A DNA stretch of 62,048 nt, counting the filler, from Dugesia japonica (lineage: Eukaryota), in NCBI GenBank assembly GCA_001938525.1. It is 5 parts of 5 records of this genome, joined end to end, with 100 filler letters (N's around TTAATTAATTAA, not from the genome) between each part and the next. Parts side by side here need not be neighbours in the genome. Positions count along the whole stretch, not along the records: positions 24,513 to 34,482 come from MQRL01631433.1; positions 34,583 to 43,499 come from MQRL01572388.1; 3 more parts are not named here. One strand, written 5' to 3'. Below the pieces are notes generated by a model. The model made no database searches, was not told the DNA's origin, and was given only the letters and a program-made list of their open reading frames with translations. How positions within the stretch are numbered: the first letter of the stretch is position 1; the number at the start of each line of letters is the position of its first letter. The translations under genes were made by a program, and so were the position numbers. Of the stretch, positions 25,758 through 39,832 are shown piece after piece.

Positions 25758-26940
25758 GATTTAATTTGTTAATCGAAATTAAAAATTGTTATTGTTCGAA
25801 ATCTAATACTCAAGGTTATTATTAAAAAGTTGGATCACTAATTTTTATTTGGTTTTCCAATTTTTCTTATCTATTTATTAGTGATAATTACTATTTTCGA
25901 ACGCTATTTTCTCCGTTGCAACTAATACATATGATATAATCCTTTACTTTTTCTACAATAATTACATATTATTTTCCCGATTATTGGTTTTTAATTGAAT
26001 TTTCCCTTTGAAGCTCTTGTATTTTCTGTGATGATTATGGTTTTAATTTTTGTATTTTTTAAAATTTTCCTGTTTTTATTTTTAATTTGATGTTTTTATT
26101 ACATTTTTGTATTATAACTTTTATTGTTTTTTCAGTGGAACAACACAGAATATGAACATTTTTCAAAAATGATAATGATCGAATTAAATGAAGCAATGTC
26201 AGAATTTGAAGCTGAAAAAAATTCTGTTAATTGAATATATACTTTATATACTGTATGAACTTCATTTTACATTTTGGACTGAATATATTATTTGAAAACA
26301 GTGTTCCGTTAAATTTTGTGGCTATCATTTTTTATGATGAATGGTTTTTGAAGTTATTTTCATTTATTTTTAAATCCACAAGTGATTTGGCTTTATTATT
26401 TTTCAAGCATTCCATTTTAACGACTCCTGTATTTTGAAGTTTTCTGAAATTGTTGTGATTATTATTATTGTAAGCCGAAATGATAAATAAAATTGTGAGT
26501 TTAGTGTCATAAAATCTGATTTTTATAATTTATCTGTTAATATTTTTTTCCTTTGCAATTTCATGAACTTAGTTTGTTAATAATAAATATCGATGACAAT
26601 ATTACGATTTTAATACTATTATGTTATTGTCGCGATGTTTAGTAAAATTTATTTTTATTAATATCATGTAATAAATTTGAAAAATATTTTCGAAAATATA
26701 NTTGAGTACCGATAATTACGTTTTAATTAAGAATTATTATTAAATAATTATCCAGCTAGATTTTATTTGTTAATCGAAATTAAAAATTGTTATTGTTTGA
26801 AATCCAATACTTAAACTTGCTACTAAAAGTGGGATAACTAACTTTATTTGGTTTTCCAATTTTTCTTATCTGTTTCTTAATGGTAGTTACTATTTTCTCC
26901 TTTGCAACATTTGATAAAATTCTCTACTTTTTCTACGATA
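25758..26940. repeat. Pair of about 190-bp diverged direct repeats (25758-25960 and 26758-26940)
   Basis: Both contain tttgttaatcgaaattaaaaattgttattgtt.gaaatc and tttatttggttttccaatttttcttatct. Confidence 0.85.
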
Positions 26941-27229
26941 ATTCCATGAAATAAATTGGTAAGTATGAATAGTTGTTAAAATCCTAAATATAATAGTTAA
27001 CAGGTCAATCACATTTGTAAAATACTTAGAATTAATTTCTGTGTTTTCAACCTTTGATCAAGAAGAAGTCCAAATCAAATTTCTAAAATTTATTTTATGG
27101 GAACATCTATGATATCATAATTTGAGAATTACAACTAAATCAACATAATTTGTCATGCACACATTCAATTAGGCATAATTTATTTACACTGGTAATGAGA
27201 GACGATTTTGTAATCATATCACGTTCCCC

Positions 27230-27530
27230 TCGTTTTAAATGGATATAACATACCTTCATTAATGGATACAGGAGCAGCATACTCAGTAATTAAAGAGACA
27301 TTCCTTAATAAAAAAACAAAAAGAAAATCTGGATACTAGACTATTAAAAGAATTAAAACCATTCACGGGTCATAAAGTACCTATAAAAGGGATAATAAAT
27401 TGTAATATTACCTTAGAAAACTAAAATATACAGCACCCATTCCGAGTTGTAGATCAAGGGGTACAAGACTGTATTTTTGGATGGACTTCCTTTCGAAATT
27501 AACAATGTATGTTATAGATCTGCAAAATAA
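27230..27530 (+). mobile_element. Retrotransposon aspartic protease remnant
   Basis: SLMDTGAAYSVIKE, followed by a frameshifted CIFGMDFL-like segment. Confidence 0.6.
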
Positions 27531-27614
27531 TAAACTTTCGAAATCAACACCCATAAATAATGAACAAATAAATAACGATTTATACTAAATGGTTACTAAA
27601 ATAGTAAATAGCTA

Positions 27615-28420
27615 ATCATTTCTTTCTTGTTATACAATATCCTTTTTCATGAAATGACATTTTATGTGACCTATATGCAATGACTTTTTCTTAACCTCTT
27701 TCATCTATTTGCGATAGAACCGCTCCGATGTCATTGAAACTCTCATATGTATCTTTTTGAAATCTGGAAAGCTCAATATCGGTGCTTTTGTTAATGACTC
27801 TTTCATTTCATTAAAAGATTTATCACAATTTTAAGGCCACATAAGTTTTTTATTATTACTTCCACATAGTTCTTTCAAGCTTTTAGCTTTCTTTAAAGAG
27901 TTATTGATAAACCGTTTATAATTGCATATTCCCAAAAAGTTTCTTAAGTTCTTGACACATTTAGGTTTCCGAAATTTTGTATCGCTTCAATTTTTGTTGG
28001 ATCAGTTCGAACCCCATTCTTGTCTATGACATGTCCTAAAATTTGACTTCTTTTCGCAATAAATGACTTTTTTCCAGATTAATTCTCAATCTTGATTCTT
28101 GAATTCTTTTAAAAACTTGGTCAAAAATTCTTTATTGCTGCTATAAATTTTCTGAAAATATCAATATATCATCCATGTATACCTTTGTTCCTCTCAATTT
28201 TCCTAATACTTTTGTCATTAATTCTTGAAAAGTTCCAGGCAAAAGGCATTCTTGTGAAAAAATCCTGTCAATTTTTCGTAGAAAATACTGTTTTCTTTTG
28301 TGAATCTTTATGTAACGGAACTTGATAATAGGCATTACCCAAATCAATAGTACTAAAATATTTTGCACCACTCAAATTTTCTAGTATTTCCTCTACATAG
28401 GGCATAGGAAATGCTCGCTT
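27615..28420 (-). mobile_element. Gypsy RT-RNase H fragment, same family as 14500-17290
   Basis: Reverse complement matches DNA at 15310-15385 and 15620-16130. Contains PGTFQELM..VYMDDILIFS. Confidence 0.9.
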
Positions 28421-28599
28421 TACAATTTTAGATATTAGGTTCAGTTTATAATTTAGAAATTCCCTTTATATTTTAAATGATAATCTAAGAAAAAAGAGAA
28501 CCACTAATACAAAAGAATTCTTAGTAATGATAAGCAATCATATACTAGCTGGTTAACAAATAAAGAAATCTCGACTGTTTTTTTCTGTTTGTACTATTC

Positions 28600-28990
28600 G
28601 CCAAAAAAGAAAGAGAATAACTGCAGGCGAAGATGAAAAAACTATTATAAAAAAAGGAAAGGAAAACTAATTCAGAAAATGTTTTCCTTTCCCAGCTCAT
28701 TGGGATCATTTCGAATAATAATGTTTTGACAATAATAATAATGACTGAGGAATTAGAGGATTCCGGTATCCAGAGATCAAAAGCATCAATCTCCAAATAT
28801 TTAGCTAAAGCTAAAATTACAAGGAATAGGGTTTTTAGGGATCCAGATTCGCGTAATTATTCTCGTGTAATCGCTTTACGACAGCAATTTGCACAAGAGT
28901 AGCAACATTTTTCGATATTCCAACTAGTATATTTAGATGAAACCGGATTAAAATTGTATACAACTCAAAATTTCGGTTATTTCGTCAAGA
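28600..28990 (+). mobile_element. IS630/Tc1-like transposase remnant
   Basis: EELEDSGIQRSKASISKYLAKAKITR (HTH-like), followed by LVYLDETG (first catalytic Asp). Confidence 0.6.
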
Positions 28991-29409
28991 ACATGTAAGT
29001 CTAACATTTTTTCTTGCAATAATAGTATTTGTAAAAAACTAAATAGTAAAATATTACAAAATAAAAATATTAAAAATAAATCAGAAATCCCCTCAGAAAA
29101 GAAAATAAAGAAGTTTTGTAATTCATGATAAAATTTGAAATGAAATTATAATAAAGAAGTTGTTTATTATATTTTTAATTAAAATGCATTGGTTTATTAA
29201 TAGTTTAATTTATTATATAGAATTATTTATTTCAAATTCTGTCAAAGTGAGTTTAAATGATCTCTTGTTTAAATAACAGTTGTTTTTATTAAATTATAAA
29301 TATTTAAATCATTCGATAATTATTATTTTATATTATATTTTTATAGTACATTTTATATAAAAATTTTTAAAATTTAATAAGTAACTTTTTAATTTTTATT
29401 ACTTAAGCA

Positions 29410-31687
29410 ATGCTTGCAAAATGCGGTTTAGTTCGATTTAAGAACATTGGGTTACAATGTATTTTAATTAACAAAATTGAATTACTTTTAATGTAAAATA
29501 ATTCTTAGTTTTGAGGAAAGAAGTGACTAGTGCTTTAATAAATCCGAATAAAATTGAAGTATTTGTTGATGATATTCCTGTTCAATGTGATCCGGGGATG
29601 ACTGTATTACAAGCTTGTTCCATTGCAGGTGTAGAAATACCTAGGTTTTATTTAAAAATTTTTTAATTTAAAAAATATTTTAAATCTCCAATGAAAAGGT
29701 TCTGTTATCATGAGCGTCTATCAATTGCCGGAAATTGTAGAATGTGTTTAGTCGAAGTTGAAAAAAGTTTGAAACCTGTAGCGAGTTGTGCCGCTCCAGT
29801 TAATAAAGGCATGAGAATAAAAACGAATTCTCCAATGACTAAAAAAGCTCGAGAAGGTGTAATGGAATTTCTACTTGTAAATCATCCTTTAGATTGTCCA
29901 ATATGTGATCAAGGTGGTGAATGTGATTTACAAGTAATTTATAAATATATGCCTGTCTTAAATTATTTTAAAATTGTTATTTTATTAGGACCAATCAATG
30001 ATTTTTGGGAGTGATCGATCAAGATTTGTCGATAATTCGTATTTAGGAAAAAGGTATTTTTTAATATTAATTATTTTCATTATTATTATTACTAGAGCTG
30101 TCGAAGATAAAAACATAGGACCATTAGTGAAAACTATTATGACGAGGTGTATCCATTGTACGAGATGTATAAGGTTTATTAGTAATTTTATGTTTTCGTT
30201 ATTATAGTTTATAAATTAAGATTTGCTAGTGAAGTTGCCGGTGTGAATGATTTAGGAACAACTGGTAGAGGCAGTGACATGCAGGTAAATGATTATTTGT
30301 AAATTCACTTTTAAAAAACATTAAATTGCAGAAAGTTTACTGATTTAATTAAATTCTTTCACCAAAAACTTAAACAATTAACACAACTAATCACAACCGC
30401 TCAAATAGTCTTATTTTATTTATGTTTCATTAATCAAATTGACAAATTTATATTGTTCTAATAGCTTTAATTATTTGCCATAAAATCATTTTTATTGCTG
30501 ATATTATTTCCATATTGTTGAATTTAAAATAATTAAAATTAAATTAAATTATTAAAACTATTAAATTTGTTTATTTCTTTTTTATTTTTTGTGTGAAAAA
30601 AGATTTTTGATATAACGTTTTGATCATAAAAGTTATTACAAATAGCAAGTAAAAGTGGTAAACGTAATTTCAATAAAAAAATTATGTATTAATAAATATT
30701 AAAAATAACCTGTCATTTCCTCATATAAAAATTAAAATTTAGCTACTGTTTTCGCAGCTAAAAATATTTCCATTATTAAATAATTAAATTAATTTATTTA
30801 CAATATTGTGACCCTGTAATTTTTATTTGGCCCCAAAGTGATTTGAATTTGATAATCTTAATGAATAAAATCTTATATATTTCTTGATTTTCTAAAAAAC
30901 TGTTATATATATTAAAATGTTTTATAACAGCCACGACCCTGATAAAGCCAGTCGGGTAGTTTTTGTAAATCGTGAAATATAAATGTTTTATTGAGTTACG
31001 ACTGAGCTGCAATTTTATAGCAATTTTAAACATTACATAATTTATATAATTGAATAATGAAAGATTTTTTGGAATGTTTTATTTTTGATAGTTTTCGATG
31101 TGATATTTTGAATTTCTTTGTAAATACTCCTCAATTATTAACAATTATTGTCAAATATTTTTATACAAAATTTTAGGTAAATATAGAAATAGATTTAAAC
31201 TTATTAATAAACTTATGATAAACTTCAATATTAAAAACCAATTATTTATCAAGGTATTTTACATCCTTGTAATTAAGTTTCTGTTATTTCTTCAGGTTGG
31301 AACATATATTGAAAAGCTGTTTCGAAGTGAGCTATCTGGAAATGTTATCGATCTTTGTCCTGTTGGTGCTTTAACATCTAAACCTTATGCTTTTACGGCT
31401 AGACCATGGGAAACTAAAACAGTTAATAGTATTGATGTCATGGACGCTGTTGGTTCCAATATTGTAATTTCTATGCGAACTAATGAAGTTATGAGAATTA
31501 TTCCAAGACTCAATGAAGTAAAATAGATTTTTATTTCCTGTTATAACGCTAATAATATATTTAAATAATTAAGGAGATTAACGAAGAGTGGATAAATGAT
31601 AAATCTCGATTTTCTTATGATGGTCTTAAAAGGCAACGATTGTTAAATCCTATGGCAAAAGATCCAAGTACTAATATTTTGACTCCT
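29410..31687 (+). CDS. NDUFS1: NADH:ubiquinone oxidoreductase 75 kDa Fe-S subunit, 5' part. Exons: 29410-29458, 29509-29644, 29699-29933, 29989-30053, 30096-30173, 30221-30284, 31296-31517, 31574-31687. No further exon was found before the scaffold end.
   Basis: The spliced frame gives [72 protein letters not shown] and [12 protein letters not shown]. All introns are GT-AG with consistent phase. Confidence 0.97.
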
Positions 31688-32499
31688 GTAAGTCAATGTA
31701 AATTTCAAAACAAATTTTATTTTGAATCTTATAAAAGGGAAAACTGAAAAATTAAAAATTTATATTGGTTTTAAATAATTGAATTAATCCAATTTTGATG
31801 GATCAATTGATAAATTCGTTGATAAGAATTTTAGCTAAGAATTTGAGATTGCAGTAGTGGACCAAAAACAACAGAAATATATTTTGGAGATGGTAATTTA
31901 GCAAAATGATTGGAAAATATTCAGCTACTCTAGTTAAAAAAAAATATAAAATCAAAAGCATATCGAAAAAGGTCAAAAGGAAACTCAACTAAAACAGTAT
32001 AACTAAAAGTTGATTTGCACAACAATTTTGAATAAAAATTAAAATAAAGAAAAAAAAACAATGGCAAAATTTTTAAGTGTCATTTGTTTGATTTTTGTAT
32101 TAAATTTTGAGAGGTTTTTTCAACTTCGGTTTTTATTTTAAAAAGATTTTTGAAAATTTTGACAAAATATTTTTTTAACCATTTTATTTAAATAGCCATC
32201 TTGTATTATGTATAATTGCTTGAATCTTTGTATATAGATTAAATCATAACACACTTTAAATTTTGTCTGGGTGACTTATTTATTTACGTGATATAAAAAT
32301 TTTACTTGTTTATTGGCCAAAAATTCGCGCGGAATTTCAAATTTTGGTTTTCAATTTGGTTGGTTTAAATTTGTCGTATGCTTTCAAAGTTGGTGCCATT
32401 CAACTCAGCATTTAATAATGCCTAAACATTGCCATTATAGAAATATTACTTGTTTTTTTATTTTGGTTTCATTTTACTCACCACAGTTTTTACATAAAG

Positions 32500-32800
32500 G
32501 AATTTTTTTTAAAAGTACATTTTCTACAAAGATGTTTTCTACAGCCAGCACAGATATTCGTGGTTTTATTTTCATTACATAAACCTATTTTGATAAGTAC
32601 TTCCTGGGTTCGTCAAGAAGTCTTTTTAGTTCTGATGGATTTTCATATTCTGTTAAAAGTTCTGCTAATTGAAACAGTAAAAATTTTCTGGATATATTTT
32701 CTCCAGTTGTTTCGTTGTATAAAACCCATACATTTATTGCACCTAAGTCGAGTATATTGAAAACTATTTGAAGTGGCCATTTGATCCGTCATATCTTGAA
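32500..32800 (-). mobile_element. piggyBac transposase C-terminal remnant
   Basis: WPLQIVFNILDLGAINVWVLYNETTGENISRKFLLFQLAE, then Cys-rich LCNENKTTNICAGCRKHLCRKC. Confidence 0.8.
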
Positions 32801-32917
32801 TTTAATTTTATTACAAAATATGTAATATGTTTCGGGCGGTTTTTTCTTGTTTTTTTCAATGCTGACAGAATTATGTTTCGTACTGAGTACTAAAGTACGT
32901 TTTGGTTGGTTTACTTT

Positions 32918-34482
32918 TATTAATTTTATTTGTTTAATCAACTTCAATCAACTAAAATAAGACTTTTGATTCAATACTTTATTTAAAATACAAATAATTG
33001 CTTCTTTCAAAACTTGCCTTTCCGAATTTATATTTTTAAATAATAATAAACTTAAACAAATTTATTATATTTATTCAAAAATATATTTTACAAATATAAA
33101 ACTTTCGAATTAAAAATAATTTAAAAATAAAACAATAAAATCTAATTATAAAACTTTTGTAAATAAATATTTTTATAAAGCTTTACAATTAAATTTCAAA
33201 TTTACATTAAAACATTTAAACTAATAAACATCGATTTAATAAAAAACCTTATATAATTAAATTTTAAAAATATTTACGAATTTTTAAAATAACCTAACAT
33301 CCCCCGTTTTTAGAAATTTTTTAATTTTTTCAACGTTTAGTTCTAACATCTTCAATATTTCGACTATTTGGTTTTTGTTCAAAGCTTCATCTTCTTGTTC
33401 TTCATAAAACTGGGTCGTCTTCTCATCGAAATAGTATATTTTATCAACTTTGCATAGATCATCTTTTTCATCATATACTTTATTAACTTATCTTGAATTT
33501 TGTTGCCTTTTGTCATCTCGATCGTTTGTACAATGATTCTGTTTTCACTTTTTCGTCTTTCAGGCTCTCGAACATTCTGGTAACTTGTTTGTTTATTTAT
33601 ATTTGTATAACAATCTTCAGTACGGTGTCCTTTTCTCATACACCTTAAACAACTGACTTTATTACAGTCCCGTCTTAATTGCTGTTCTGATCCGCATGCA
33701 TAACATTTCTTTACTGGGCAATTCCTGCTAACGTGACCTATATTGTTACAGGTCCAACACGTAATTTCTCGTCTTATTGTATTCATAATCTCATCTGTTT
33801 TCTCCTTGTGCTCAATATCTTTTTATACTTATTCTGGTAATTTCTCTTTTGCATCTTTATCGATCTGTACTATATTGACATTTTTCATTTTCATTTCTTC
33901 TTTTAAGTTGTCACAGTCTTTTATTGTCTGAAATATCTCTGCTTTATCTTTTTTTCCAGACCTGATTTTAAGCTTTATCTTATTATCATCGCAACTGTTT
34001 ATTATTAATTCCTTTGTTAAAGATTCTTTGTTCCATTTGTAAGACATTATTCTATCTACCATTTTCTCAATCCTTTTTTTATATATACTGACATAATCTC
34101 CATTCCTTCGGTAACTTAGAGCTTCTTCTATGTCCTTAATCATTGATGATGGCTTTAAGAAAGCCTTTCTCTATTTTTATTCATATCCTAGAGCTTCATT
34201 TTCGTTTTCACAAATTCCCTGTAGTTCTTTATCAAGCGAAGCTACTACCAATTCGCTTCTACAACTTGTCAATATTCCGGTCACATCATAATATTTTGTA
34301 ATCTTTTTAATAAACATTTCAACATTTTTGTTGAACCTTTCTTGAAGATTCCAGGAAATATTGCCTCGTTAAGCAGATCCATTGATACCTTGGTCGCCAT
34401 GTTAGTTTTATTTGTTTTCTTCACATTAATCGACTAACACAAGACTTTTGATTCAATACTTTATTTAAAATACAAATAATTC
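32918..34482 (-). mobile_element. Gag-only non-autonomous LTR retrotransposon
   Basis: The 5' LTR end (..CTAACA, 34400-34482, cut by the spacer) is followed by PBS TGGCGACC (34392-34399). Then come gag with three zinc-knuckle-like motifs, PPT AAAAACGGGGGA (33300-33311) and a 3' LTR (33299-32918) starting TGTTAG. Both LTRs share aagacttttgattcaatactttatttaaaatacaaataatt. Confidence 0.85.
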
Positions 34483-34582
34483 NNNNNNNNNNNNNNNNNN
34501 NNNNNNNNNNNNNNNNNNNNNNNNNNTTAATTAATTAANNNNNNNNNNNNNNNNNNNNNNNNNNNNNNNNNNNNNNNNNNNN
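34483..34582. other. Artificial scaffold spacer
   Basis: N44-TTAATTAATTAA-N44. Confidence 0.97.
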
Positions 34583-35584
34583 AAAAAGTCTAATTTATTT
34601 TTGAAATAAAATAATTCATTGATAATATACTTATTTAATTAGTAATATAATTAATTAGTTCATTAATTAATTATTTTCGATTAGAAGTTGAAAATATTTA
34701 TTCAGTTATCTCTACTTAACAAACAAAGCATGAATTAAATTAATAATTTTATAATTATTCAGAATCCGAAATAAACAAGATACTTAATTAAAAACTTTTC
34801 TCTCATAAAATAATTTCATTTTTCGCATTATTTTCATTAATAGTAAATGCAATTGTTGTTCTGTGAATAAAGAATAAAATGAAATTATATTCAGTGTATA
34901 ATGTATTTGAAAAGTAAAAATAAACTTACTGAATAATTTTTCAATTATTAATCATGAGAAATTATTTGTAAATGTTGCACGTTTTCAATAGAATTAATTC
35001 GTTNNNNNNNNNNNNNNNNNNNNNNNNNNNNNNNNNNNNNNNNNNNNNNNNNNNNNNNNNNNNNNNNNNNNNNNNNNNNNNNNNNNNNNNNNNNNNNNNN
35101 NNNNNNNNNNNNNNNNNNNNNNNNNNNNNNNNNNNNNNNNNNNNNNNNNNNNNNNNNNNNNNNNNNNNNNNNNNNNNNNNNNNNNNNNNNNNNNNNNNNN
35201 NNNNNNNNNNNNNNNNNNNNNAAAAAATTAATTAGTAAAATAAAATCTTTTAAATTTAAAAAATTATTTTTTTACAAAAAAACTCATTAATTAATTATTA
35301 AATATAATATATAGAATTTTGAGATTTCATTAAGTTAAAAGCTTCTATCAAAATGTTGTATTTTTATATTGTTTATAATTTTTTTTTCAAAAAACCAAAA
35401 AAACCAATTTTGATTGAAGCTTTTATTTTAAATGAATTCTAAAAAACGCGAAATGGTAATCCAACAATTATTCTCGTATTAATTGCAATTGTAAAATAAT
35501 TATTTTAGTTGTTAATATTTCAATTTTTTTACTTTTGACTTCTTCAGGATTTAACCAATATTAGAAAATATTTCAAAATTGTTT

Positions 35585-36458
35585 GCCTTTTAATGAAATC
35601 TTTGATTTAGTTTTTAATTTTTTTTCTTTCTTGAAGGTTACACTCCTTATTTGGTTGGACAACAAGTGGTTAAAGTAAAAGTCACATAGTGCCAGATAAG
35701 AAAAGTTTAACGGATGCTGAAGAACCTTCTATTTGAGCTTTTAGAGAGCTATTTCTTCAAATTTTATTGTGTGTAGTCGTGCTTTATTGTAAACTAAAAT
35801 GACTTGGCTAATAAAACTACAAAGAATTTTTAAGTTTTTTAAGTGTTTTAAACTACAAAGAGTTTCTTGTTAAATTTCTTATTTTTCTCAAGAATTTCTC
35901 AGTAAAACTCACAGTTCTATCAGACGCATATTATTGCCTTCTTTTAACTTTCCTTATGACATGACTATTTCAGCAATCCCCTATTTCTACTGCTTCATAT
36001 TAACTTAGAAGCCCTGCTTTTGTCTCTCGTCAATATTGTGTACATAAATCGTTTCTTATGACCTCATGTTACTTGGTACCGGGCAAAATGCTTTGCTGTA
36101 ATTTGGAGACTATTTTCAATGTTTTGCTCGCTAAGTTTTTGAGGCACTCGATCTTTAAAGTTTTTCTCCAAACCCATCAAATATAAGTTTCTTGAGATNG
36201 CTGGATAAATACAGTTTATTGCACGTNNAGATGTTCTTCGTCAAATTAGGATGGTCGACTAAAGCAGAACATTTCAGTGAAATCAATATTACAATTTTTG
36301 AAATTATTATATCGATCTTTAGCAGTCTTTGCAAATATGGCATTATTTCCATACACGGCACAAATATCTCATACAACTTACGTAGCTTTTTGATCACGAT
36401 AAAAGGCAAAGTAAAATAAATGTCGAAAGTGAACATTTTTACCACTTGGAATTTCCAT
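35585..36458 (-). mobile_element. mariner transposase pseudogene
   Basis: HFRHLFYFAF..DICAVYG..SRP, VPQKLSEQN, VILVYNKARLH and LQHPLNFSYLALCDFYF are decayed versions of the WVPHEL, HDNARPH and HPPYSPDLAPSD motifs. Confidence 0.85.
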
Positions 36459-37504
36459 TTATAAAGCCAAAAATATAGGTACAATCAAGTTATTGAGAAA
36501 AAAAATAATTGTAAAAAGAAATTGTAATAGATCAGACCTGTAGTAGAAAATCAAATGGTAATCATAACTTTCTGTTCTTGCATCATTGTCTTATTGTCGG
36601 GTATTTAAACTCAACAAAGATTTTATGGTTCTGATTTTACTAAGATCGAAACAAAATCTTAATTTTAAGTGAGTTGAATTTACCCTTGTGTGTATGTCAA
36701 TACAAAATAATATATAACGATATTTTAATCAAAATTATAAATATAGTGATATATGTATTCCTTTATTAAATAACAAATAAAAACACACTTGTATAAATAA
36801 TATTTTAGGGTATAAAAATGTCTTATACAACTTATATAGAGAGATTTTATTTAAAAGAAAGAAGCCACCCAAAGAGAGAGGTTCTTTCAGTTAAAATGTC
36901 TCTAAATTTTAACAAAAGCGATCAGTATTTATACTGATTTTACCTGCCTATACTTTGTACATAATAAAATAAATATTTACAAAAATTTTCAGATTTAGAA
37001 ATAAAATTACATGTAATCAAAATAAAATCGTTAATTATTTATAAAATTAAACATAATTAAAAATAGAGACATAAAAATAAAATAAATAATCACCTTATTT
37101 CATATAATTAACATAGAAATATAAAATAAAATAAATAATTTGTAAATTCACTTCAATAATAAACAACAATTCGCATGAACGATAAACGATAAACAATTAG
37201 TAAATTTTAAGTCAGCTGAATTTACNTCAAAATAATCAATAAATTTCATCGATAATTAATGTCTGATACTGAATCGATTTGAATTGATTTATCTGTTATT
37301 GGACTGATTATAGTTTGGTTTGAGGATTTATTTGGACGGATTTGAATTTGAATCTTGGTTGTATATCTGTTATGTATATATTTTTGTATGCTTTGTGTGC
37401 ATGCTTTATATGTTTGACTCTCTACTTCAAATCTCAACATTAGAAAGATTTGTATGAGTTTCGTCTCAATTTAAAAATTGACAAAACGATTATGGTAGTT
37501 TTAA

Positions 37505-37900
37505 ATTACACACTTCTCGTCGTACGCAGCAATTCGATCAAGAATGGGTTCATTTTTGTTGCACAAAAGAAGTGCTGACTATAACGACGAATTTTTTGAA
37601 TTTCTATATATTTATCAAGCTTCCTTGATTTCTCAATTTCTTTAAAATGACTGAAAAATGTTATGAGTGACAAAAGCAAATGCCCGAACAGTTGTATACT
37701 GATTAGTTTGGATTAACTCTGTCAATTCATTATTGTCATTTGCAGAGTTCTGTCGACTGTCTTCTTCATCTTTTGGAGCTTTATCTCCTGTTTTAAATTT
37801 CCGAAACTAATTTTCAACGGTAGGTTTGCTTTTGGTCTTTTTTACTAACTATGTGATTGATATCTCGAACGGTTTTCGCAGTTTCATTAGGTCTTTTGAA
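37505..37900 (-). mobile_element. Second mariner transposase remnant
   Basis: DNNELTELIQTNQYTTVR..KSRKLDK..LLLCNKNEPILDRIAAYDEK (compare LLRNKNDPFLDRIVTCDEKW). Confidence 0.7.
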
Positions 37901-38400
37901 CACAACAAACTTATCTTAATCTATTTATTGTTTATCTGTTTTTAAATTCCAGGTAAAGTTTTTAATGATTAATTTAAATAAAATACTTTAATCAGAAAAC
38001 GCGCTTTAAATAATAAAATAATTTTTTTTNNNNNNNNNNNNNNNNNNNNNNNNNNNNNNNNNNNNNNNNNNNNNNNNNNNNNNNNNNNNNNGACTTTGTA
38101 ATCCATTCGTAAATCGGCTATCCCGAAATATCTCACTTAACTACTCACGAATCTTAAAAATTCTTTCATTCATTTACGGGATGGCGCTTATGTTCACGTA
38201 TAATGTATTTTATAGTGATTAATCTTGTTTAAATTTTTACTTTTTATTAAACTACGAAGTTTAACGATCAGCTGTAGTTTAAAATTAGCAAATGTTTGTC
38301 TGGATTTCGCTCAAAATACGAGACAATAGCCCATTTTAAACGTTAATTATGGTTAATTTTAGTTAATTTAAATATTAAATTTTAAAAGGGTAACTTTAAT

Positions 38401-39832
38401 GGTTTTCCTTTAAAATTTTTCAATTAATTTTCTTTTACTGATAGGTTTTGATTGGTCGCAATCTATGGAGTAATAAACGAGGGGGGATTATAAATTACTG
38501 CTAATTTAAACGCGGTAGAAATATTATGGATTTTTTAAATTTTAAAACGATTTTTATTAATTAAATAACATAGAAATTACATTGCCATGAAAAAATTTTA
38601 AGACCGACACGCAAGAAATCCTAAAAAAGTTTGAGAATATCATATAATAGTACAACTGTGTGTGATAGCATCAATATGGTATTACATAATGAAGTGAAAT
38701 TCGGCACCCGTGGGCTACTAAAAATAATGCGTCACTCTTCGTAAGAAAATTCACAAAATAGCAAATGGAAGCGGGGTGTCCGGCAAAGTTATACAAAAGT
38801 GTCAGAACTAGAAAAAATCAATTTATTACCGATATACAAAACAAAAACACAAAATTGAATTAAATAAAATTANNNNNNNNNNNNNNNNNNNNNNNNNNNN
38901 NNNNNNNNNNNNNNNNNNNNNNNNNNNNNNNNNNNNNNNNNCCTAGCTTTTTCTTTTGCAAACTGATCAATAATACCCCTCGTATTTACGTTTTCAAATA
39001 AATCTCTGTCAATTAATAAAATTCTTAAATCATTGAATTTGCTCTGTCCCAAAGAAGATCGTAAATAATTTTTTATTCTTTTTGTTGCTGAAAACTAATA
39101 AAATGAAAAAGGAATTTTTATAAAACTAATAACTAAATGACAAATAATAACAAATATATATATATAGACAATTTAGTCCTGTGATTAGGGCGGCCCTGGA
39201 TATTTTGTAATATTTTCATTTTTGTTCATTGAATACAATTGAAATTATTAAATTATTTTAAAAAANTCAATATGAAAAAATTAAACTGATAATAGAGAGT
39301 CTAAGTTGTTTTATAAAACAAATAAAATGAAAAAAACTAATTGAAAAAAAAGAAACTATTCATCTAAATTCTTTTATCAAATTTTTTCAAAATTTCAAAC
39401 TTTAAATTGTAAAAAAAGAAATTTCTTGTTTACAACAATGAAAACTCTTCAAAAGCCAGTATTGAGAATCAAACACTGTCGTAGTATTTTATGGACAAAT
39501 AAACAAATGAAAGATTTTACAGGAAATCGATATTTTAAGAAAAAAACTTTTCCAAACGAAAGAAAATGTGAAATTCAATAAGAACATCAAACATTTTATA
39601 TTTGACATTGAAAAAAAAATTTGAGAAAAAATATTGTTGTAAATTTAATAGTTTCCCTTTAAAATTTTAGTCAATTAATTCTCTTTTGCTGATAGGTTTT
39701 GTTTGGTAGCAATCTATGGAGTAATAAACGAGAGGGGGAGTTATAATTTAAACACGATAGAAATATGACGGATTGTTTAAATATTAAAATGATTTTTATT
39801 TAGAAAATTTATTTAATTAAATTACATAGAAA
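38401..39832. repeat. Two diverged copies of an about 180-bp dispersed repeat (38401-38580 and 39651-39832)
   Basis: Shared ctgataggttttg.ttggt.gcaatctatggagtaataaacgag.ggg core. Confidence 0.85.
38942..39198 (-). mobile_element. Internally deleted hAT element (dimerisation domain plus likely terminus)
   Basis: SFSATKRIKNYLRSSLGQSKFNDLRILLIDRD..IIDQFAKEKAR, with CAGGGCCGCCC on the minus strand at 39198. Confidence 0.75.

Noticed and set aside
29691-30207. Bacterial nuoG or mitochondrial nad11 origin
   Set aside because: Spliceosomal introns and an N-terminal extension show a nuclear NDUFS1.
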